Virus record (IMG/VR): IMGVR_UViG_3300029750_000003
Coordinates: 1 to 45,646 of that record
DNA: 45,646 nucleotides
Source: a virus
Strand: one strand, 5' to 3'
The notes under the pieces were generated by a model. That model was not told the DNA's origin. It saw nothing but the letters and a program-made list of their open reading frames with translations, and did not search any database. Of this stretch, positions 41,152 through 45,646 are shown one piece after another. Every line of letters begins with the position of its first letter. Position 1 is the stretch's first letter. A program made the translations under genes and the position numbers.

Positions 41152-41391
41152 CGTATAGAGTTGTTTTGCTACAGCCTCAACCCTCTGGAATATGTATTTC
41201 TCGTGGTCGCTAACTGTGCTTCGATCCCAGCCCAGCTCCGCCGCAACATCAATCTGTCCCCACTTATCAATGATGCGCCGCTTGGCGATCAATTCATCGT
41301 CGCGGTGTAGGGCAGCCTCGTGGATGGCGTTCTCCAACTGAGAGCGCAAGAGTTTATCCAATGGTTCCGGTAACTTCGCTCTTGCGCTCAT
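41131..41391 (-). CDS. Small sigma-70 region-4-like / HTH protein (86 aa)
   Basis: ELIAKRRIIDKWGQIDVAAELGWDRSTVSDHEKYIFQRV resembles a region-4 HTH. Confidence 0.5.
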   Translation of the reverse strand: MSARAKLPEPLDKLLRSQLENAIHEAALHRDDELIAKRRIIDKWGQIDVAAELGWDRSTVSDHEKYIFQRVEAVAKQLYTKKGAGD

Positions 41392-41395
41392 TCAG

Positions 41396-41725
41396 TCACG
41401 TCCCTTCCGGCGGCTCCGTGGGCAGTTGTTTCAGGGCCTCCACCAGTTTTGCCGCCATTCCGTTCCCGCCTAACGCCTTGTAGGCGTTGTACATGTCCAG
41501 CACGTTTTCCATGCCGTAGATCGGGATATAACGTTGTTCGGAGTAGTGGTTGTACTCGGCAATGATTTCGCGCCTGAGGAGGGCCTGCACGCCCTGCATG
41601 AGCGCGTCGCTCTTTTGGTTATCTGCCTTGACACGTTTCCGTTCCCGCGCGGCGACCGCCTCAATGATTGCCACCAGGACGACCGCCGCGCCGGAAATCA
41701 GTGGGCCTACCCACTCCATGGGCAT
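41396..41725 (-). CDS. N-terminally membrane-anchored protein after the holin (lysis accessory?)
   Basis: 109 aa. TM helix GPLISGAAVVLVAIIEAV. ATGA-type overlap with the holin stop. Confidence 0.6.
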   Translation of the reverse strand: MPMEWVGPLISGAAVVLVAIIEAVAARERKRVKADNQKSDALMQGVQALLRREIIAEYNHYSEQRYIPIYGMENVLDMYNAYKALGGNGMAAKLVEALKQLPTEPPEGT

Positions 41726-41997
41726 CAGCCCTCCTTAGTCAACTGCTTATAAACCTGATTGATACCAGTGGCCGCAAGTCCGCTCACAATGCCTACGGCG
41801 GCGGCTGTTAGGTAATCACTGGCCGGGAACTCAGGCATGATGAACATGCCGAGGATGCCAAGCACCGCGCCAAACGCACCGCAAATGATGGGAATCCACT
41901 TATTGTCCAGTCCGGTAGCTTTGACCACCTGCCCGACGAGGAAGCAGATCACAGTGATGACTGCTACTCCGGTAATACCCAAAGAAGAAATGTCCAT
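41725..41997 (-). CDS. Holin
   Basis: ATG 7 nt after GGAGGT. 90 aa with hydrophobic helices (GVAVITVICFLVGQVV, WIPIICGAFGAVLGILGMFI, AAAVGIVSGLAATGI). Immediately downstream of the endolysin. Confidence 0.7.
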   Translation of the reverse strand: MDISSLGITGVAVITVICFLVGQVVKATGLDNKWIPIICGAFGAVLGILGMFIMPEFPASDYLTAAAVGIVSGLAATGINQVYKQLTKEG

Positions 41998-42011
41998 GAT
42001 ATGTACCTCCA

Positions 42012-43361
42012 TCAAATCAGATTCAGCCGATCCAACACGACGGCCAGCTCCTGCCGGGTCATATTGTCGCGGGGCCGGGTGCCGTCCAGTACGCCCTTGT
42101 CCTTGGCCTTCTGCCACGCCTCAGCGGCCCAAACGTCCGGGGTATCCTCCGCGCTGTCCGCTCCCGTTTCGCCCTGCCAGGCCACGCCCAGCCAGTCACA
42201 GATTCCCTTTGCGGTGGCCTCGGCCAGTTTGTCCCGGTACTTGCTATCCTTGAGATACTCCGTGTCCATCTTGTTGGTATGGAAGCCGTACTCAATGAGC
42301 GCGGCGGGGGCGTCCGTCTTGGCGAGCACGGTATACATCTCGTGCTTGATCGGTTCGCTCCGCAGGGCCACCCCGGCAACATGGAAGGCGTTGACCAGTT
42401 TGGAGGCCAGCACATTGCGCTGCGCCGTCATAGGCCCTGCGCTGGTGTAGATCTCCAGACCGGACGCGCTCGACCATCCGCCCTCACCGGCCGCGTTGGT
42501 GTGGATGCTCACAAAGCAGTCCGGCTGCGCCTGATTGCTGGTCTCGGCTCGCTCCGTCAGGCTGGGGTAATTGTCCGCGGTCTTGGTGAGCACCACGCCC
42601 ACCCCCTGGACCTCCAGCAGCGCCTTGACGCGCTGGGCCATATCCCAGGTAAACTCCCACTCCTTGTATGTACCGTCCGGGGATCCGTTGACGTTGCCCG
42701 GCCCGTGTCCGGGGTCGAGGCATACAGTATGCTTGCTCATAGGCTTGTCCTCCTCTTCCGGCGGCGTCTCAGCGCCGTCCTGCTTGAGATATACACAAAT
42801 CCAGTTGTGCACCTTGCGGCTGGCGGTGATGCGCTCCCCGCCGAAATCGCACTGGCTGGAGCCGCCCCCGTCCAGCATAACGGCAGAGGCCCAGCCCAGC
42901 CCGGCCAACTCGTCCCGCAGAGTTTCCGGCGTGGCTGCGTCTCCGGTCCCATCGCCAGAGCAGTAGAGGGCCAGACTGCCACCACGCAGGCCGATAGCAC
43001 TGCGCCCCCGCTTGCCTCCCTGGGCCGAGCCATAGGAGGGCTTATCCACCGGCTTGCCGGAGGCAATTAGGGCGGTCACCGCGATAAAGTTATCCGCTCC
43101 CTCGTGCTCGGAGGTCATGCGGATGTCAGGCCCCTTGTCCCAGGCGTAGCCCATCGGCCGCCAGGGCGTGCCGGAGAGCATCGCCCCGCCCACCTTAAGC
43201 AGCGGGCAGGGGGTGCCGTCTAGGTTCCACATGCCGCCATTGAGCACGTAATGAGCCTTTGTTTCAGCCTTGACCTGAGAGAGCGTCTTGCGGCAGTTGG
43301 TGACTCTCAGCTCAATCCGCTCCACGGACGAGAGCGGGACATATGTAATGAGCTTACTCAT
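42012..43361 (-). CDS. Endolysin: phosphodiester-glycosidase (NAGPA)-like N-domain, Amidase_3 domain and a C-terminal wall-binding-like motif
   Basis: LNGGMW...SAIGLRGG...MLDGGGSSQ, then VCLDPGHGPG...FVSIHTNAAG...GLEIYTS, then a C-terminal AAEAWQKAKDKGVLDG...TRQELAVVLDRL. Confidence 0.85.
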   Translation of the reverse strand: MSKLITYVPLSSVERIELRVTNCRKTLSQVKAETKAHYVLNGGMWNLDGTPCPLLKVGGAMLSGTPWRPMGYAWDKGPDIRMTSEHEGADNFIAVTALIASGKPVDKPSYGSAQGGKRGRSAIGLRGGSLALYCSGDGTGDAATPETLRDELAGLGWASAVMLDGGGSSQCDFGGERITASRKVHNWICVYLKQDGAETPPEEEDKPMSKHTVCLDPGHGPGNVNGSPDGTYKEWEFTWDMAQRVKALLEVQGVGVVLTKTADNYPSLTERAETSNQAQPDCFVSIHTNAAGEGGWSSASGLEIYTSAGPMTAQRNVLASKLVNAFHVAGVALRSEPIKHEMYTVLAKTDAPAALIEYGFHTNKMDTEYLKDSKYRDKLAEATAKGICDWLGVAWQGETGADSAEDTPDVWAAEAWQKAKDKGVLDGTRPRDNMTRQELAVVLDRLNLI

Positions 43362-43367
43362 GGTCGC

Positions 43368-43802
43368 CTACACCCCCCCCTCTAGTAAAACATCTTCGTC
43401 TGGCATTATAAAATAGAGGTCTGTCACTGTCGGTGGAACTCTGGTCAGTGCTGCCGGAGACCTTCCGTTCGCAGTCGGTATTCCAATCCCGGTTTCAGCT
43501 CCATAAACGGCCCATCCGACATCGGAGGAAATCCCGAAATAAATGTATTCACCCGGTTGCGCTTCAAGGTCATAGGTTCCCCCTTTGTAAAGCGTTTGTC
43601 CATCAATGGTGATGCTATAGACCCCATCGGTTACAGTCACACCTACTGTGTGTGTGGATGCAACCGGAATCTCCCCCACCATCTCCGCCATTCTGCGAAA
43701 TGTGGTGCCTTCTGGTACCTCCACGCCCTTGGCCGTGAGGTTGGCCTTTAGGGTGTCCTTTGTAGCGCTGAGATAGGCCAGCTTGTCCGCGGTCGTACCC
43801 AT
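43368..43802 (-). CDS. Fibre-module protein sharing the N-terminal ~40-aa module
   Basis: MGTTADKLAYLSATKDTLKANLTAKGVEVPEGTTFRRMAEMVGEI aligns by eye with the N-termini of 823..1695 and the wrap-around fibre. Confidence 0.65.
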   Translation of the reverse strand: MGTTADKLAYLSATKDTLKANLTAKGVEVPEGTTFRRMAEMVGEIPVASTHTVGVTVTDGVYSITIDGQTLYKGGTYDLEAQPGEYIYFGISSDVGWAVYGAETGIGIPTANGRSPAALTRVPPTVTDLYFIMPDEDVLLEGGV

Positions 43803-44308
43803 CAGACTACCTCCCCGTTGATTGCATCCAGCGCGGTGTTGATGTCACCCACCAAGCCATCCACGTACTGCTTGTTGGCGGCGTCGTTTGGACTTCCCGG
43901 CAATGACAAGTTTTTGATCTGGCCGTTATGGAAAATAAGCGACTTCTGATCATTGGAGTTCTGACCGAAAATGATCGTATCTGCGAGAACTCTAAGTCCC
44001 CACGTAGAATCAAATACAACCTGTGCTCCGTTTTCACTCCCAATATATAAGGCACTCCCACTAGAACTATCTACCCCTAATATAAGGTTGCCAGTTACTA
44101 CGCCGCCAGCCAGCGGCAGGAATGGAGCACTTTGCATACCAGCCAGAGCGGTGTTAAACTCCTCTTCGGTTCCGGTATATCCTTTCTCTTTTGCCGCCTG
44201 ATAGGCGGACTTTCCAGGTGCACCATCCTTGCCGTCTGCCCCTGGAGCTCCGTCCTTGCCAGGCAGGCCCACCCCGGCAACTTTTTTGCCGTTTACAACG
44301 ATAGCCAT
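43802..44308 (-). CDS. Tail fibre protein with a short collagen-like stretch
   Basis: GLPGKDGAPGADGKDGAPGKS (G-X-Y repeats, ~44212-44272). C-terminal LPGSPNDAANKQYVD motif shared with the wrap-around fibre. Confidence 0.7.
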   Translation of the reverse strand: MAIVVNGKKVAGVGLPGKDGAPGADGKDGAPGKSAYQAAKEKGYTGTEEEFNTALAGMQSAPFLPLAGGVVTGNLILGVDSSSGSALYIGSENGAQVVFDSTWGLRVLADTIIFGQNSNDQKSLIFHNGQIKNLSLPGSPNDAANKQYVDGLVGDINTALDAINGEVV

Positions 44309-44311
44309 GTG

Positions 44312-44938
44312 CTACACCTCCACCCATTGCCACATATCCGGGGTATCCGGGGCCCACGTGCAGGGAATCATGTCCCCGCCCTCTGCCACCTTGTAGACCT
44401 TGCCGTTGTAGCTGTAGTGCTTACCCGCATGACAGTCCATGCCGTACACCCACGGGATGGGGTCGTCCACTGTGCCAGCGTGCTCGCGGTCAATAGGCCG
44501 GTAGATGGCGAGCATGCCGTCGTCGTGCGGGGGCATCTCCTCTTGAGGAGTTACCGCCTGCACCACCCGGTAGAGCTGGCCGCCGTCGTTGAGGATACGG
44601 CCCGCAGGCAGTTCCTCGCCGTCTGCCAGTACCACCGCCCAGGTGGGAAACAGATCGGGCATGTCCAGGGCGTAGGTGTCGGGGATAGCCGTGCTGGTGG
44701 CCGCATAGGCCCTCATAGCGGCGGCGTATTGCGGAGTTAGTTCAGGCTCCGGCGGTCTATTGTCCGGGGCGGCCTGTCCTGTTTCGGGGTTGTAGCGCCC
44801 CCCCTGCTCTACATCGTCCTGTACCTCTACACAGCGTCGTGCAAATGCCTCGCTATACCACTTCTCCGGTGGAAGTGCGTATTCCGGGATGATTTCGCGG
44901 ACAGTGTTATCCTCATTTAAATAGACTGTTTTCATCAA
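44312..44938 (-). CDS. Hypothetical fibre-associated protein (208 aa)
   Basis: ORF track. The C-terminal HYSYNGKVYKVA...W.P......W pattern resembles small carbohydrate-binding modules (weak). Confidence 0.6.
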   Translation of the reverse strand: MMKTVYLNEDNTVREIIPEYALPPEKWYSEAFARRCVEVQDDVEQGGRYNPETGQAAPDNRPPEPELTPQYAAAMRAYAATSTAIPDTYALDMPDLFPTWAVVLADGEELPAGRILNDGGQLYRVVQAVTPQEEMPPHDDGMLAIYRPIDREHAGTVDDPIPWVYGMDCHAGKHYSYNGKVYKVAEGGDMIPCTWAPDTPDMWQWVEV

Positions 44939-45646
44939 GAAATACCTCTTGCGTAAATCGCCACATATCCATCGCCACCTTTACCGCCATTACCGCTGGG
45001 CTTATTCTCGCTGGAGCGGAAAGCCCATCCCGCTCCAGCACCTCCTCCGCCACCGCCGCGGGTTCCATCAGTACCATTTGTTGCATTGGTCTGGCCGGTA
45101 GCTCCCGCACCTCCAGCACCGCCCCCACCAGCGCCTCCGGCCCCTCCTAATGTAGGAGGGTCATTAAGGGCTTCATCCCCGCCGCCTCCGCCGCCGCCGC
45201 AGAAAAATTTAAACCCCAAAATATCAAGATTAGGACCGTCCTCACCTGGTTTCCCGGTATTGTAGCCCCCATTGCCTCCGCTACCGCCTGTCCAAGGAGG
45301 TTCGCCTCCACCCGTGCCACTACCGTAACCATTACCTCCGTTCCCGCCAGGCGCTATAATCCCAAAAGCGCTGCTGGTCCCTCCGTTTCCTCCCCTCTTC
45401 GCAACCTCGTCTCCGACTGATGCATTCGCCCCGGCACCGCCTGTCCCGATAACAATATTTTTATTTTCGATGCTATCGCTGTCCAAAATGTGATAGTACG
45501 CCGCAGCTCCGCCTCCGCCGCCTCCACCACCTTTGTCGCCACGCGAACCGCCGCCGCCGCCAGCGCCAACCACAACCACAAAAATATCTGTATATTTGCG
45601 GTCGAACGTATGGGTGTAGCTCCCTGGCGATGTGTATTCCTTTATC
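44935..45646 (-). CDS. C-terminal glycine-rich part of the wrap-around tail fibre ORF (45548..45646 duplicates 1..99)
   Basis: The reading frame is open to the window end and continuous with 1..809. VVVVGAGGGGGS...GGDGYVAIYARGIS. Confidence 0.8.
   Translation of the reverse strand, partial: IKEYTSPGSYTHTFDRKYTDIFVVVVGAGGGGGSRGDKGGGGGGGGAAAYYHILDSDSIENKNIVIGTGGAGANASVGDEVAKRGGNGGTSSAFGIIAPGGNGGNGYGSGTGGGEPPWTGGSGGNGGYNTGKPGEDGPNLDILGFKFFCGGGGGGGDEALNDPPTLGGAGGAGGGGAGGAGATGQTNATNGTDGTRGGGGGGAGAGWAFRSSENKPSGNGGKGGDGYVAIYARGIS
45548..45646. repeat. Exact 99-bp terminal direct repeat, copy 2
   Basis: Identical to 1..99. Confidence 0.95.

Larger units (their letters stand above)
1..45646. mobile_element. 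Complete temperate siphovirus-like phage genome, circularly assembled (unit length 45,547 bp)
   Basis: Packaging, head, tail, lysis, lysogeny, replication and recombination modules are all present. Ends 1-99 and 45548-45646 are identical. Confidence 0.9.

Overview
The 45,646-nt window is one complete, circularly assembled genome of a temperate siphovirus-like phage. Bases 1-99 are identical to 45548-45646, so the unit length is 45,547 bp, and a 474-aa tail-fibre ORF closes in frame across that junction. The host looks Gram-positive and Clostridia-like, judged only from GGAGG-type ribosome-binding sites, the gene families present and GC content by eye.

Almost all genes are on the minus strand.
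- Early operon, 34415 down to 22458: small membrane proteins, a pentapeptide-repeat protein, Gp157-like protein, Rad52-like annealase, HNH, SSB, a replisome organiser with embedded iterons, DnaB-like helicase, RusA-like resolvase, a short C5-methyltransferase-like protein, a Lar-like protein, YopX, DUF551-like protein and a terminal XRE gene.
- Late operon, 20306 down to 823 and continuing round the junction to 43368: terS, terL, portal, MuF-like protein, scaffold, capsid, connectors, major tail, chaperones, tape measure, a Tal-like protein and several fibres.
- Lysis cassette, 43361-41396.
- Plus-strand lysogeny block, 34568-37286: repressor, TM2 protein and tyrosine integrase, followed by an AT-rich attP-like region.

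Features that ordinary phage modules do not explain:
1. A six-gene minus-strand operon (40636-37584) between the lysis genes and attP. It encodes low-complexity, Gly/Trp, Asn/Gln, Met/Gln and Cys-rich proteins with no recognisable enzymatic domain.
2. A three-gene plus-strand cassette (20751-21984) between the early and late operons. It is driven by a consensus promoter carrying two palindromic operators and is followed by about 430 nt of GC-rich non-coding sequence bracketed by terminators.
3. An antisense membrane-protein moron inserted between the tape measure and chaperone genes.
4. An AT-rich gene with its own terminator directly after the MuF-like head gene.
5. An anti-restriction-type cluster (Lar-like plus short MTase-like) and a pentapeptide-repeat protein.
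6. A G-run and mirror-repeat block with phased T-tracts upstream of terS.

All functional labels come from reading the translations and from remembered family signatures; no database search was possible. Coordinates of non-coding features may be off by 1-2 nt.
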